From: Bacteroidota bacterium
Lineage (GTDB): Bacteria; Bacteroidota; Bacteroidia; UBA10329
Direction: 5' to 3'
Length of the DNA: 55,660 nucleotides
Assembly: GCA_046047575.1 (NCBI GenBank)
Contig: JBJOHR010000178.1
Coordinates: 1-55,660 of the forward strand
The notes under the pieces were generated by a model. That model worked only from the letters and a program-made list of their open reading frames with translations, was not told the origin of the DNA and did not search any database. A program made the translations under genes and the position numbers. This document shows, one piece after another, positions 35,837-45,808 of the stretch. Every line of letters starts with the position of its first letter. Position 1 is the first letter of the stretch.

Positions 35837-37174
35837 ATGTCAAAGTCCCTTATCAAAGGAGCAACCATTGTAAACGAAGGCAAGAAGTTTTCCTCTGACG
35901 TGTTGATTGAAAACGGTCGCATTGCCCGTGTTGACCCTACGATTGAAGTCAACGGAAACGTGACTGAAATAAAGGCCGATGGACTTCTTCTGATTCCGGG
36001 CGTCATTGATGATCAGGTTCACTTCCGAGAACCGGGCCTAACCCACAAAGGAGACCTTTTCACCGAATCGCGTGCTGCGGTGGCCGGAGGAATTACCAGC
36101 TACATGGAAATGCCTAACACGGTTCCGAATGCCTTGACGCAGACCCTCCTTCAAGACAAATACGACCGGGCAGCACAAGTTTCGTTGGCCAACTATTCGT
36201 TCTTCATGGGCGCCAGCAACGATAATCTGGACCAAGTGCTTCTCACAAATGAGCAGACCGTCTGCGGCATCAAGATCTTCATGGGCTCTTCAACCGGAAA
36301 CATGCTGGTTGACAACGAAAAGACCTTAGACGGGATCTTCTCTCAATGCCCCATGCTGATTGCGACCCATTGCGAAGACGAAGCAACCATCCGAAGCAAT
36401 ACAGAGATCTTCCGCCAGCGGTATGGAGAAAACGTGCCCATGAGCGCGCACCCATTGATCCGTGATGTTGATGCGTGTTACCTCTCTTCGTCAAAGGCCA
36501 TAGAACTGGCCAAAAGGCACAACACCCGACTTCACATTCTTCACATCTCAACCGAAAGAGAAACGCATCTTTTTGATAATTCGGTTCCATTGGAAATGAA
36601 GCGCATCACAGCCGAGGCGTGCATCCATCATCTTACGTTCAATGATGCACTGTATGAAACGAAGGGTTCTCTGCTTAAGTGGAATCCGGCTGTAAAGACC
36701 GAGGCCGACAGGCAGGGTATTTTCAAAGCGCTTTTGGATGATCGCATCGACATCATTGCCACAGACCACGCTCCGCACACGTGGGACGAGAAACAGAACG
36801 GTTATTTCGGTGCACCATCTGGCGGACCGTTGGTACAACATGCATTGTCCGCCATGATGGAACACGTGAAGAATGGCGCTATCGGCTTAGAACAAATGGT
36901 GGAAAAGATGTGCCATGCACCTGCGGTCTGTTTCCAATTGGCCGAACGGGGCTTCATTCGCGAAGGATTTTTTGCAGATCTCGTCCTTATTGATCCAAAG
37001 GCACCTTGGACCGTGTCCAAAGAGAATATCCTTTACAAATGTGGTTGGTCCATTTTTGAAGGAACAACCTTTTCCTCTTCGGTGAAACATACGTTTGTGA
37101 ACGGTCATTTGGCCTATTCAAACGGAAAGCTGAACGATTCCGTACTCGGCCAGCGCTTGCATTTCAACAGATGA
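35837..37174 (+). CDS. pyrC: Dihydroorotase (long amidohydrolase type)
   Basis: ATG at 35837, 2 nt after the upstream stop. Motifs: GVIDDQVHFREPG, HILHIST, IATDHAPH. Length 445 aa. Confidence 0.85.
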   Translation: MSKSLIKGATIVNEGKKFSSDVLIENGRIARVDPTIEVNGNVTEIKADGLLLIPGVIDDQVHFREPGLTHKGDLFTESRAAVAGGITSYMEMPNTVPNALTQTLLQDKYDRAAQVSLANYSFFMGASNDNLDQVLLTNEQTVCGIKIFMGSSTGNMLVDNEKTLDGIFSQCPMLIATHCEDEATIRSNTEIFRQRYGENVPMSAHPLIRDVDACYLSSSKAIELAKRHNTRLHILHISTERETHLFDNSVPLEMKRITAEACIHHLTFNDALYETKGSLLKWNPAVKTEADRQGIFKALLDDRIDIIATDHAPHTWDEKQNGYFGAPSGGPLVQHALSAMMEHVKNGAIGLEQMVEKMCHAPAVCFQLAERGFIREGFFADLVLIDPKAPWTVSKENILYKCGWSIFEGTTFSSSVKHTFVNGHLAYSNGKLNDSVLGQRLHFNR

Positions 37175-37524
37175 GACGCCTACCGATATTCGCCTGTCTC
37201 CTGATTTTCCTCCTGTATTCCTGCAAGGAAAAAAAACCTCTAAAACCCGCTTATCTCTTGACTGAAGAACAGATGGTAAGCGTGATGGTGGATATGCATC
37301 TGGTTGAAACAGCCCATAATCTCAAGCTCATCGGCCCAGATAGCACCAACGCAGAATACAAGGCCTATTTCAACTCCATCTTCGCATCTCACGAAATTTC
37401 TAAAACCGATTTTGACAGCAGTCTGTTCTACTACAGCACTCGCACCCAGCAAATGAATGCTATTTACGACAAGGTGCTGGAAGACCTGTATGAGTTGGAA
37501 TCTCAGGTCAGATCCGACCAGTAG
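37171..37524 (+). CDS. DUF4296-like lipoprotein
   Basis: Lipobox LLYSCKEKK, followed by LTEEQMVSVMVDMHLVE. ATGA overlap with pyrC. Confidence 0.65.
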   Translation: MRRLPIFACLLIFLLYSCKEKKPLKPAYLLTEEQMVSVMVDMHLVETAHNLKLIGPDSTNAEYKAYFNSIFASHEISKTDFDSSLFYYSTRTQQMNAIYDKVLEDLYELESQVRSDQ

Positions 37525-38536
37525 CCTTTACATCTTCCATAAATTTACTGCTAACGAAATCAAGCGTTTCGTTGAAATCTCTATACCGGAAGTCGCTTAG
37601 CGCTTGCAGCAATTTGGTGTTGTCGTAACGGTTGAGTTGCAGCGCATGGTGAGCTACTTCTTTGGTGATGAATGGCTTTTTACCTGTTACCGCACTTACC
37701 ACAGATTCAAATCGCCAGGTCAGCTCTGTAAGAAATGGAGTGGCTTCAAACTTGGGAGACGGCTTGCCCATATTCTCTGCAATTCGCTGAAACACCTCCT
37801 TGAACCTACGATTCTCCGCACCTATTATGAACCGCTCTTCGCGAACGCCCGATCCCATAAGCTGGATCATGGCTTCGGCCACATCACGCACATCCACAAA
37901 ACAATTACCTCCGCGTGTGTAAAAAGGTAGTCCGCGCCACGTTCTGCGAAACATGGCTCCTGTACTCGCATTCCAATCTCCAGGCCCAATGATCAACGAT
38001 GGATTGACCATGAACGCATCCAAGCCCTCAACCACGCCTCGCCAAACTTCCAATTCTGCTAAATGCTTGCTGATGGCATAGGCCGCATTGTGAGAGGTAT
38101 CCTTCCACTCATTGCGCTCGCTGATCATTTCTTCCGAACCATCTCTCCCAATGGCCGCAACAGAACTAACATGGCAAAGCCGAACACCTTCTTTGTCCAC
38201 ACACAGATTCACCACATTGGCTGTTCCCTCCACATTTACCGCATTCATATACTGTCTGTCTTTTGGAAGAAACGTAACGGCTGCGGCACAATGATAAACG
38301 TGCGTTATCCCGCTGAACGCATCTTCCAAGCTGGGAACATCCAGCACATCTCCCCTCACCCAATCTATTCTTTCCCAAAGTTCCTTAGCCTCGGTATCGT
38401 AATACCTGAATACATCTACAACCGCATTCCGCTTATCATCTGAACGATAGATGGCTCGCACCTTTTCTCCGCTCTTAACCAGATTCAGCAAGAGATGAGA
38501 GCCTAAAAGTCCAGTTCCTCCGGTAACAAGTATCAT
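37508..38536 (-). CDS. NAD-dependent epimerase/dehydratase (extended SDR, dihydroflavonol-reductase-like)
   Basis: MILVTGGTGLLGSHL. YAISKHLAE (YxxxK). Length 342 aa. Confidence 0.8.
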   Translation of the reverse strand: MILVTGGTGLLGSHLLLNLVKSGEKVRAIYRSDDKRNAVVDVFRYYDTEAKELWERIDWVRGDVLDVPSLEDAFSGITHVYHCAAAVTFLPKDRQYMNAVNVEGTANVVNLCVDKEGVRLCHVSSVAAIGRDGSEEMISERNEWKDTSHNAAYAISKHLAELEVWRGVVEGLDAFMVNPSLIIGPGDWNASTGAMFRRTWRGLPFYTRGGNCFVDVRDVAEAMIQLMGSGVREERFIIGAENRRFKEVFQRIAENMGKPSPKFEATPFLTELTWRFESVVSAVTGKKPFITKEVAHHALQLNRYDNTKLLQALSDFRYRDFNETLDFVSSKFMEDVKATGRI

Positions 38537-38617
38537 GCGGTAAATGTATCGGTTTGCGCGTTTTTATAATTGATTGAAAAATGCACTCAGGACTTGACCG
38601 ACCTAAGCTGATGAGGC

Positions 38618-38625
38618 TATTTTTG
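38618..38625 (+). promoter_or_regulatory. Bacteroidota -7 promoter box (TATTTTTG)
   Basis: Exact TAnnTTTG match ending 5 nt before the pgk ATG at 38631. Confidence 0.45.
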
Positions 38626-38630
38626 CGGCC

Positions 38631-39821
38631 ATGAAAACAATGGACACCACCTCGTTTGCCAACAAGAAGGCCCTGATAAGAGTCGATTTCAATGTGCCTC
38701 TTGATGATGATTTCAATATAACGGATGATACTCGGATAACAGCCGCCCTGCCCACAGTAAGAAAAGTACTCGCGGACGGTGGTGCCGTCATATTGATGAG
38801 CCATCTAGGTCGGCCAAAGAGTGGTCCTGAAAACAGATTCTCGCTTCGCCACTTGGTTCCTCATCTCTCCGATCTGATCGGTGTTCCGGTCAAATTCGCA
38901 GATGATTGTGTGGGCGAAAAAGCCGTAACGGCTGCCGCAACATTGAAAATGGGCGAAGTATTACTGCTCGAAAACCTTCGTTTCCATAAGGAAGAGGAAG
39001 CGGGCGATGTCACCTTCTCTAAGCAATTGGCGCAGTTGGGCGACATCTACGTGAATGACGCCTTCGGAACGGCCCACCGCGCACATGCATCGACAACCAT
39101 CGTGGCCCAGTTCTTTCCGAACGACAAATTATTCGGTCATCTATTGGCAAAGGAAATTGAAAGCGTAGATAGGGTGCTGAAGAACTCCGAGAAACCAGTT
39201 ACGGCAGTCATGGGCGGTGCCAAAGTATCTTCCAAGATCTCCATCATAACCAACCTGATCGATCGCGTTGATCACATCATCATCGGGGGAGGTATGAGCT
39301 TCACTTTTGCCAAAGCTTTGGGCGGAACAGTCGGAAATTCGCTGGTTGAGGACGATTTTGTGGAAACTGCCAAGCAGATTCTGAAAGTTGCAGAGACCAA
39401 AGGGGTTAAGATCCATTTACCGGATGACACAGTTGCTGCAGATGCCTTCGACAACGCTGCCAACACGAAAGTCTACGACACCATGATCATTCCTGAGGGT
39501 TGGATGGGATTGGATATCGGCCCTAAAACCGAAAGAACCTACCATGATGTACTGATGGGATCGAAAACCATACTATGGAATGGTCCTATGGGCGTTTTCG
39601 AGATGGAATCGTTTCAACAAGGGACACGATCGGTGGCACTTTCGATTGCAGAGGCCACAAAGAAAGGGGCATTCTCGTTGGTGGGCGGTGGCGATTCGGT
39701 AGCCGCCATCAACAAGTTCAATCTTTCAGACCAAGTGAGTTACGTTTCAACCGGGGGTGGGGCGCTATTAGAGTACATGGAAGGGACCGACCTTCCGGGC
39801 ATAAAGGCTATTCGGGGATAA
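38631..39821 (+). CDS. pgk: Phosphoglycerate kinase
   Basis: [33 protein letters not shown]. Length 396 aa. Confidence 0.95.
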   Translation: MKTMDTTSFANKKALIRVDFNVPLDDDFNITDDTRITAALPTVRKVLADGGAVILMSHLGRPKSGPENRFSLRHLVPHLSDLIGVPVKFADDCVGEKAVTAAATLKMGEVLLLENLRFHKEEEAGDVTFSKQLAQLGDIYVNDAFGTAHRAHASTTIVAQFFPNDKLFGHLLAKEIESVDRVLKNSEKPVTAVMGGAKVSSKISIITNLIDRVDHIIIGGGMSFTFAKALGGTVGNSLVEDDFVETAKQILKVAETKGVKIHLPDDTVAADAFDNAANTKVYDTMIIPEGWMGLDIGPKTERTYHDVLMGSKTILWNGPMGVFEMESFQQGTRSVALSIAEATKKGAFSLVGGGDSVAAINKFNLSDQVSYVSTGGGALLEYMEGTDLPGIKAIRG

Positions 39822-40368
39822 TATCCCGAACAACTTCCTTCACCTTATCGAATTTCCGGTCGGTCTTATCAAACAGATTGTCCTTGTTCAGTTCTTCCAA
39901 TACCGGAAGTAGAAAGGGCGCAACCTTCGAAATGGGTTCGTAAAGCAACGAACCCCCTGCATTCTCTCCCTTGTTAAAGCGGTCCAGCAGTTCCGCCCGA
40001 TTGAACAACAGAATGACCGTGCTGATGAGAAAGGACATCCGCAGAACGCCAAAGGCTGCTCCGGCCAACTTGTTCAACCAGTTCAGCGATAAGGAATTGG
40101 CCACACCCTGAATGGCCTGGGCAAAAAAATGAACCAGAATGATGACCCCAACAAGGATGAACGCGAATGCGATGATGGGAACAAAGTCGTTGGTCACATC
40201 GGTGTTCTTGTAAATGAAGTCGGCAGCCTCATTGGCAAAACCCACCCCGATGGCAATTCCAGCTATCAGACCGATCAGCCTCGCCACTTCCATGATAAAA
40301 CCTGTAGTTATTCCCTTATAGAGCCCCCAGATCAGCGGTAAGGCAAGCACAGCGTCAAACCAGTTCAT
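39808..40368 (-). CDS. cvpA: CvpA-family membrane protein
   Basis: The ORF track starts at TTG 40371, and the ATG is at 40368. The N-terminus [28 protein letters not shown] and 4 TM helices are typical of CvpA. Confidence 0.7.
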   Translation of the reverse strand: MNWFDAVLALPLIWGLYKGITTGFIMEVARLIGLIAGIAIGVGFANEAADFIYKNTDVTNDFVPIIAFAFILVGVIILVHFFAQAIQGVANSLSLNWLNKLAGAAFGVLRMSFLISTVILLFNRAELLDRFNKGENAGGSLLYEPISKVAPFLLPVLEELNKDNLFDKTDRKFDKVKEVVRDIIPE

Positions 40369-41534
40369 CAATACTGCTGAATATATCCATATCGCTCTGC
40401 CGTTTCGGTCAGGGTTCTATTCACCACACCGAAAAACGTATTGCCAAAGCGGTAATTTTTCATCTTTTCCTTCTTTTCCTTCAGGAACTGTTCCCGCTGC
40501 GTTCCTAGCATTTTGATGATGGTGATATATTCCTTCCGCTCGTAGTTTATTTCTGAGATGCTTTGAACGAAGTCTTGTTCTGACATGGTCAGAAATTTCT
40601 CGTCCATCAGCTTTCTGTTCTGTTTCTCAGGAGCTCCTAAGCCTGTGTTCTTCAGATCTATGAGATCCCAACTATGGTTCTTACCCTGATAAAGTTGTGT
40701 GGCCTTGAAGAATGTACGTGCTTCCACCTGATTCTCGCCTTGCAATTCCGCCTCTTCGTCCAGTTCTGCCTGCATCTCATACCTTTCCAATCCTTGTTGC
40801 CCATAATACACGTAAGTGGTGTTTATCATATGGTTGGCTTCGCGCAGCATGGCTCCGTCATACGGTTTTTCTATTACAATGGCTGGTTCTTTAAGGCCAA
40901 TAAGGAAAAATCCGCCTCCGGTGTTATCAGCAATGCTTTTCCACTCGGCCTGCTCGGCCGGATTCGAATAGGTCAGGAAATAAAGAGCGTTTATCACGAT
41001 TCCCATTTCCTTGGCCTGCTCCACGGGTTTTTTGAAGCCTGGTCCAGCAGAAGGCTTTCCGTTACCTACCAGATACATGAGCTTGATGGCGTTGGGATCT
41101 TGGCTCCAAGAAATTTGGTTCACTGCCACATCTAAAGCGTGGCCCATGAAATAATTACCGGGTGCAGTTACGTCCTTGATCTGAAAGAAGGGATAGGCTG
41201 CTGCATCGATGTCGGTAGTGAGGTCTGTTATTACCTGAACATAGTTGTTCTCCTTCTTGAAACTTGGTCGGCCCATGCACACGATGCCAATGCGGTATTC
41301 AGGCTGCGGGTCAAGCCTCGATATCTCATTTTGAATTTCCCAGAACTTGCTTCTCACGGCTGAGAGTATGCCACCGGTACTTCCACTTATGTCAACCACG
41401 AAAACTACGTCAATAACACCACCGGTCGGTCGTTCAGGAAGCCGGTCCGCAAACGATGAGTTCGTGAACAATACCAGGCCCAGAAGGGTATATCGAAGTG
41501 CGAGAATTAGCTTGGACACCAGCTTTTCGAACAT
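40368..41534 (-). CDS. Membrane-anchored or secreted von Willebrand factor A (VWA) domain protein with a helical C-terminal extension
   Basis: ORF 40368..41597. ATG 41534 (MFEKLVSKLILALRYTLLGLVLF) lies 8 nt downstream of a -7 box. MIDAS motif: DVVFVVDISGSTGG. The stop overlaps the cvpA ATG (TGATG). Confidence 0.75.
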   Translation of the reverse strand: MFEKLVSKLILALRYTLLGLVLFTNSSFADRLPERPTGGVIDVVFVVDISGSTGGILSAVRSKFWEIQNEISRLDPQPEYRIGIVCMGRPSFKKENNYVQVITDLTTDIDAAAYPFFQIKDVTAPGNYFMGHALDVAVNQISWSQDPNAIKLMYLVGNGKPSAGPGFKKPVEQAKEMGIVINALYFLTYSNPAEQAEWKSIADNTGGGFFLIGLKEPAIVIEKPYDGAMLREANHMINTTYVYYGQQGLERYEMQAELDEEAELQGENQVEARTFFKATQLYQGKNHSWDLIDLKNTGLGAPEKQNRKLMDEKFLTMSEQDFVQSISEINYERKEYITIIKMLGTQREQFLKEKKEKMKNYRFGNTFFGVVNRTLTETAERYGYIQQY

Positions 41535-41542
41535 TGTGGTCG

Positions 41543-41550
41543 CAAAAATA
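41543..41550 (-). promoter_or_regulatory. Bacteroidota -7 promoter box (TATTTTTG on the minus strand)
   Basis: Exact TAnnTTTG match 8 nt upstream of ATG 41534. Confidence 0.45.
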
Positions 41551-41579
41551 GGATTTTGAACTTTGGGACTGCTCATTGC

Positions 41580-41587
41580 TAATTTTG
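41580..41587 (+). promoter_or_regulatory. Bacteroidota -7 promoter box (TAATTTTG)
   Basis: Exact TAnnTTTG match ending 4 nt before ATG 41592. Confidence 0.45.
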
Positions 41588-41591
41588 TGCC

Positions 41592-41939
41592 ATGCACGAA
41601 TTGGATCTACAAAGAGATTGGCGGTTGTTGGTTGCCCGATTGGAAAAGCGCTTTGGCGAGGGTTTGGACCTTGATGCCATTCTGTTCTTGGTCGGAGTTC
41701 AGGAACTGGGACAAGGATACCGCGCCTTTAAAAAGAATGAGAAGACCGATCTGATGCATATTGCCATTTGCCGACTACTGATGCAATATGGATATTACGA
41801 GTATCTGGGCATGGATGAGGATGGTTGGCCGCACTATCAGCCTTTGGCCAAGTTGCCACAGCTTAATCCAACGCAACAAAGCCTCCTGATGAAAGAGGCT
41901 TTGCTGGATTACTTTAAGAATTCCGAATTGGTGAACTAG
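41592..41939 (+). CDS. Hypothetical cytoplasmic protein (115 aa)
   Basis: A clean ORF with non-biased composition (LDAILFLVGVQELGQGYRAFKKNEKTDLMHIAICRLL). It has its own promoter box. Confidence 0.6.
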   Translation: MHELDLQRDWRLLVARLEKRFGEGLDLDAILFLVGVQELGQGYRAFKKNEKTDLMHIAICRLLMQYGYYEYLGMDEDGWPHYQPLAKLPQLNPTQQSLLMKEALLDYFKNSELVN

Positions 41940-42310
41940 TCGTTCACGTTAACGGTCTTTTCCACCGTTTCTCCCTGTTCGAGAATCAGGAAGTTCTCCA
42001 AGTTACTGTAGTTGGCGTAAACGATATCATACTGAATGATGGCATCCTCAAACCAGACAAACTCTGCTTTTCCCTTTGTGTCTGTAAAGATGTTGGTGTC
42101 AATATGTTCGGCACCTATCTGGTCCAAGTAGAATCTGACAACTGCTTGCACTGCGGCAACCTCCACGGTGTCGCCCGTAATGAAGTTCACCGAATCTTTA
42201 AGAACCGTGATAACCGCTTTGGCGTCCCTGTTCTTTTTACAGGACGATGTGGTGAAAACAACTGCTGTTAAAAGCGCAACAACTACCAAGATATTTCTCA
42301 TTTCAATCAT
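41936..42310 (-). CDS. Hypothetical lipoprotein (124 aa)
   Basis: Lipobox in LVVVALLTAVVFTTSSCKKN. Confidence 0.55.
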   Translation of the reverse strand: MIEMRNILVVVALLTAVVFTTSSCKKNRDAKAVITVLKDSVNFITGDTVEVAAVQAVVRFYLDQIGAEHIDTNIFTDTKGKAEFVWFEDAIIQYDIVYANYSNLENFLILEQGETVEKTVNVND

Positions 42311-42415
42311 TTTTCTGCAACAACCTAAAGGTCTATGCGTAGTGGTATGAATTCTGCTGTAAGTATATTCGCAGCAACCAAAGATATAAATTGCACATCA
42401 ACACGTTATAGCATC

Positions 42416-43048
42416 ATGAAAAAGACACTCTTACTATTTGCGTTGGCGCTGAGCACCACCATTGGATCGGCCCAGGAATCGGAACCTATCGTGCAGATCA
42501 GCACGACTTTCGGTGACATCAAGATCAAACTTTACAATGAAACACCTTTGCATCGAGACAACTTCCTTGAATTGGCGAAGTCTGGAAAATATGATGGTTC
42601 GGTGTTTCACCGTGTCATCAGAAACTTCATGATCCAGGGAGGTGGCAGTGCAGACCTGCAGACCATTGATGGCAGACCGATGATACCTGCCGAGTTCAAT
42701 CCCAAATTCATTCACAAAAAGGGAGCGCTGGCCGCTGCGCGCACAGGCGATAATGTAAACCCACAACGAATGTCATCAGGGTCTCAGTTCTACATTGTTC
42801 AAGGCCAGAAATATCCGGTAGACAGGGTTACGCAGATGTCGCAACGCTCTGGAGTGCAATACACTGAAGAGCAGAAACAGGTCTATGCTGATCTTGGCGG
42901 AACGCCTCACTTAGATATGCAGTACACCGTTTTCGGAGAGGTGATAGAAGGTTTGGATGTGGTTGATAAGATCGCTGCGGTTCAGGTCCATCAGGCCGAC
43001 CGACCCGTGGAAGACATTATCATGAAAGTGACAATTCTGAAGCAATAG
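42416..43048 (+). CDS. Cyclophilin-type peptidyl-prolyl cis-trans isomerase, secreted
   Basis: ORF 42335..43048. ATG 42416 gives the signal peptide MKKTLLLFALALSTTIGSAQ. Motifs: FHRVIRNFMIQGG, GSQFYIV, YTVFGEVIEGLDVVDKI. Confidence 0.88.
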   Translation: MKKTLLLFALALSTTIGSAQESEPIVQISTTFGDIKIKLYNETPLHRDNFLELAKSGKYDGSVFHRVIRNFMIQGGGSADLQTIDGRPMIPAEFNPKFIHKKGALAAARTGDNVNPQRMSSGSQFYIVQGQKYPVDRVTQMSQRSGVQYTEEQKQVYADLGGTPHLDMQYTVFGEVIEGLDVVDKIAAVQVHQADRPVEDIIMKVTILKQ

Positions 43049-43068
43049 GGAAAAACCGTTAATAATTG

Positions 43069-43097
43069 AACAGGCCGCCAATTCAGCGGCCTGTTTT
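43069..43097 (+). terminator. Rho-independent terminator after the PPIase gene
   Basis: Perfect 10-bp stem AACAGGCCGC / GCGGCCTGTT with loop CAATTCA, followed by a T run that merges into the pheS -7 box. Confidence 0.75.
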
Positions 43098-43104
43098 ACT
43101 TTTG
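43097..43104 (+). promoter_or_regulatory. Bacteroidota -7 promoter box (TACTTTTG)
   Basis: Exact TAnnTTTG match ending 4 nt before the pheS ATG at 43109. Confidence 0.45.
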
Positions 43105-43108
43105 GGCC

Positions 43109-44131
43109 ATGCTTAAAAAACTCGAAGACTACGAGAAACAGATCCGTGAACTGGTCATTGCCAGTGAGGGCGACCTTGAGAGTTTCCGTCTGCAATTCCT
43201 TTCCAAAAAAGGCATTATCCCTCAACTTTTCACTGCATTCCGCGATGTGCCGAATGAGCAGAAAAAGGTGTTCGGGCAGAAGCTGAATGTGCTTAAGGAT
43301 CTGGCAGAGACCAAGTTCAAAGAATTACAATCCGAGTTAAGGTCGGGTCGTAGTAAAGTTGACCCGAGTTTGGATCTGACCGTTCCTCCATTTCCGTTGG
43401 AATGGGGAACGCGACATCCGGTGAACATGGTGCGCAGAGAAGTTGTCGGAATCTTTGAACGCATCGGTTTTACTGTCTCTGAAGGTCCTGAAATTGAAGA
43501 TGATTGGCACAACTTCTCTGCCTTGAACTTTCCGCCTGAGCATCCCGCAAGAGATATGCAGGACACATTCTTCGTAGCCAAAGACCCTGATTTCGCGCTA
43601 CGAACGCATACCTCCTCCGTTCAGGTGCGCGTAATGGAGAACCAAAAACCACCGATACGGACCATTTCTCCGGGAAGGGTTTTCCGGAACGAGGCCATTT
43701 CCTATCGTGCTCACTGCATTTTCCATCAGATAGAAGGCTTGTACATTGACACGAACGTTTCGTTTGCCGACATGAAGGACACCCTGCTTTATTTTGCGCG
43801 CGAATTCTACGGGCCTGAAACGAAGATCCGCTTGCGACCATCCTACTTCCCGTTCACGGAACCAAGTGCCGAAATGGACGTTTATTGGGGTTTGGAAACT
43901 GAATCCGATCACCGCATAACAAAAGGGACCGGTTGGTTGGAGGTGTTGGGCTGCGGCATGGTAGACCCGAACGTTCTTCGCTCATGTGGCATCGATCCAG
44001 AAGTGTATTCCGGTTTTGCGTTCGGAATGGGAATTGAACGAACGGCCATGCTCAAATACCAAGTTAAAGACCTGCGCCTCTTCTTTGAGAACGACAAGCG
44101 CTTCCTTGACCAATTCAAGACGGCTTATTGA
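43109..44131 (+). CDS. pheS: Phenylalanine--tRNA ligase alpha subunit
   Basis: HPARDMQDTFF, RTHTSSVQVR, FPFTEPSAEMDV, GFAFGMGIERTAML. Length 340 aa. Confidence 0.95.
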   Translation: MLKKLEDYEKQIRELVIASEGDLESFRLQFLSKKGIIPQLFTAFRDVPNEQKKVFGQKLNVLKDLAETKFKELQSELRSGRSKVDPSLDLTVPPFPLEWGTRHPVNMVRREVVGIFERIGFTVSEGPEIEDDWHNFSALNFPPEHPARDMQDTFFVAKDPDFALRTHTSSVQVRVMENQKPPIRTISPGRVFRNEAISYRAHCIFHQIEGLYIDTNVSFADMKDTLLYFAREFYGPETKIRLRPSYFPFTEPSAEMDVYWGLETESDHRITKGTGWLEVLGCGMVDPNVLRSCGIDPEVYSGFAFGMGIERTAMLKYQVKDLRLFFENDKRFLDQFKTAY

Positions 44132-44209
44132 GTTGATCCATTAAAACGGGGTGATCGTAAGTTGTAGCTTGCGGAAATTACCGGTCGGGGGATTTAAATT
44201 GAATTCAAC

Positions 44210-45751
44210 ATGAAAGACAAGATCAAAGAACTTCGGGAGAAACAGGACCTTGCCTTGCTGGGCGGTGGCGAAAAGCGCATTGAATCGCAACACTCCAAGG
44301 GAAAATTGACCGCCCGTGAACGAATAGCTCTGTTGATGGACGAGAACAGTTTTCAGGAGTTGGGCATGTTCGTCACTCATCGTTCGCAAGAATTCGGTCT
44401 GGACAGACAGAAGTTTTTGGGCGATGGTGTAATCACGGGTTATGGAACCATCAATGGCCGAACGACTTACGTTTTCGCACAGGATTTCACAGTTTTCGGA
44501 GGCTCGTTGGCCGAGATGCATGCTCAGAAGATCTGCCGAATTATGGACCTTGCCATGGAAAACGGTGCGCCAGTTATTGGTTTGAATGATTCTGGCGGTG
44601 CGCGTATCCAAGAAGGCGTGGTCTCTCTGGGGGGTTATGCCGATATCTTCTATAAGAACACACTCGCATCAGGGGTTATTCCTCAGATCTCAGCCATAAT
44701 GGGGCCCTGCGCAGGTGGCGCGGTTTATTCTCCGGCACTTACGGATTTTGTTATGATGGTGGAGCATTCGAGCTACATGTTCGTTACTGGTCCGAATGTG
44801 GTTAGGACCGTTACGCATGAAGAGGTTACCTCTGAAGAGCTTGGCGGTGCCAGTGCTCATTCAACCAAATCTGGAGTCACTCATTTTTCAAGTGCTAATG
44901 ACCTGGAATGCATTGAACATTTGAAAAAACTGCTGAGCTACCTGCCGCAGAACTGCGAAGAAGAATCACCACGTATCGAGTATCATTCCAAAGACGAAAA
45001 ACGTCCCGGGCTGGACAGCATCATTCCTGAAAATCCCAATCAACCTTACGATATAAAGGAAGTGATCGAATCGGTAACTGATACAGGTTCGTTCTTTGAG
45101 GTACATAAGGATTTTGCCGAGAACATTGTGGTCGGGTTTGCACGGCTGGCAGGAAAAAGCATCGGTATCGTGGCTAACCAGCCAGCTATGTTGGCCGGTG
45201 TTTTAGACATTAAAGCATCGCAGAAAGGTGGTCGTTTTGTGCGTTTCTGCGATTGTTTCAATATTCCACTTCTGGTGTTTGAAGATGTTCCCGGCTTCCT
45301 TCCCGGAACGGACCAGGAATGGAATGGCATCATCTCCAACGGAGCAAAACTGCTCTACGCCTTCAGTGAAGCTACTGTTCCAAGAATCACCGTCATAACC
45401 CGCAAAGCCTACGGTGGCGCATATGATGTGATGAACAGCAAGCATATTGGTGCCGATATGAACTATGCTTGGCCATCGGCTGAAATTGCCGTGATGGGAG
45501 CAAAAGGTGCTGCCGAGATCATATTCCGCAATGAAATAAAGGATGCTTCTGATCCTGAGGCAAAACTGAAGGAGAAGGAGCAGGAATATCTGGAACACTT
45601 TGCCAATCCTTACCGCGCAGCCGAACGCGGTTATGTTGATGAGGTGATACTTCCCTCGGACACAAGGGAAAAGCTTATCAAGGCGTTTTCCATGTTGAAG
45701 ACCAAGGCACGGACACTTCCTAAAAAGAAGCACGGGAATATTCCGTTGTAA
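44210..45751 (+). CDS. Acyl-CoA carboxylase carboxyltransferase (beta) subunit, propionyl/methylmalonyl-CoA type
   Basis: 513 aa. Motifs: [62 protein letters not shown]. Confidence 0.9.
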   Translation: MKDKIKELREKQDLALLGGGEKRIESQHSKGKLTARERIALLMDENSFQELGMFVTHRSQEFGLDRQKFLGDGVITGYGTINGRTTYVFAQDFTVFGGSLAEMHAQKICRIMDLAMENGAPVIGLNDSGGARIQEGVVSLGGYADIFYKNTLASGVIPQISAIMGPCAGGAVYSPALTDFVMMVEHSSYMFVTGPNVVRTVTHEEVTSEELGGASAHSTKSGVTHFSSANDLECIEHLKKLLSYLPQNCEEESPRIEYHSKDEKRPGLDSIIPENPNQPYDIKEVIESVTDTGSFFEVHKDFAENIVVGFARLAGKSIGIVANQPAMLAGVLDIKASQKGGRFVRFCDCFNIPLLVFEDVPGFLPGTDQEWNGIISNGAKLLYAFSEATVPRITVITRKAYGGAYDVMNSKHIGADMNYAWPSAEIAVMGAKGAAEIIFRNEIKDASDPEAKLKEKEQEYLEHFANPYRAAERGYVDEVILPSDTREKLIKAFSMLKTKARTLPKKKHGNIPL

Positions 45752-45808
45752 GCTGAATTTCTTAGGATTGCGTTCCTTTACGTCTGCAAGTCAACCTTAA
45801 TCCACATT

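Noticed and set aside
44141-44611. 156-aa minus-strand ORF spanning the pheS-carboxyltransferase junction
   Set aside because: Most of it is antisense to the conserved N-terminus of the carboxyltransferase. It has no recognisable motifs or start context.
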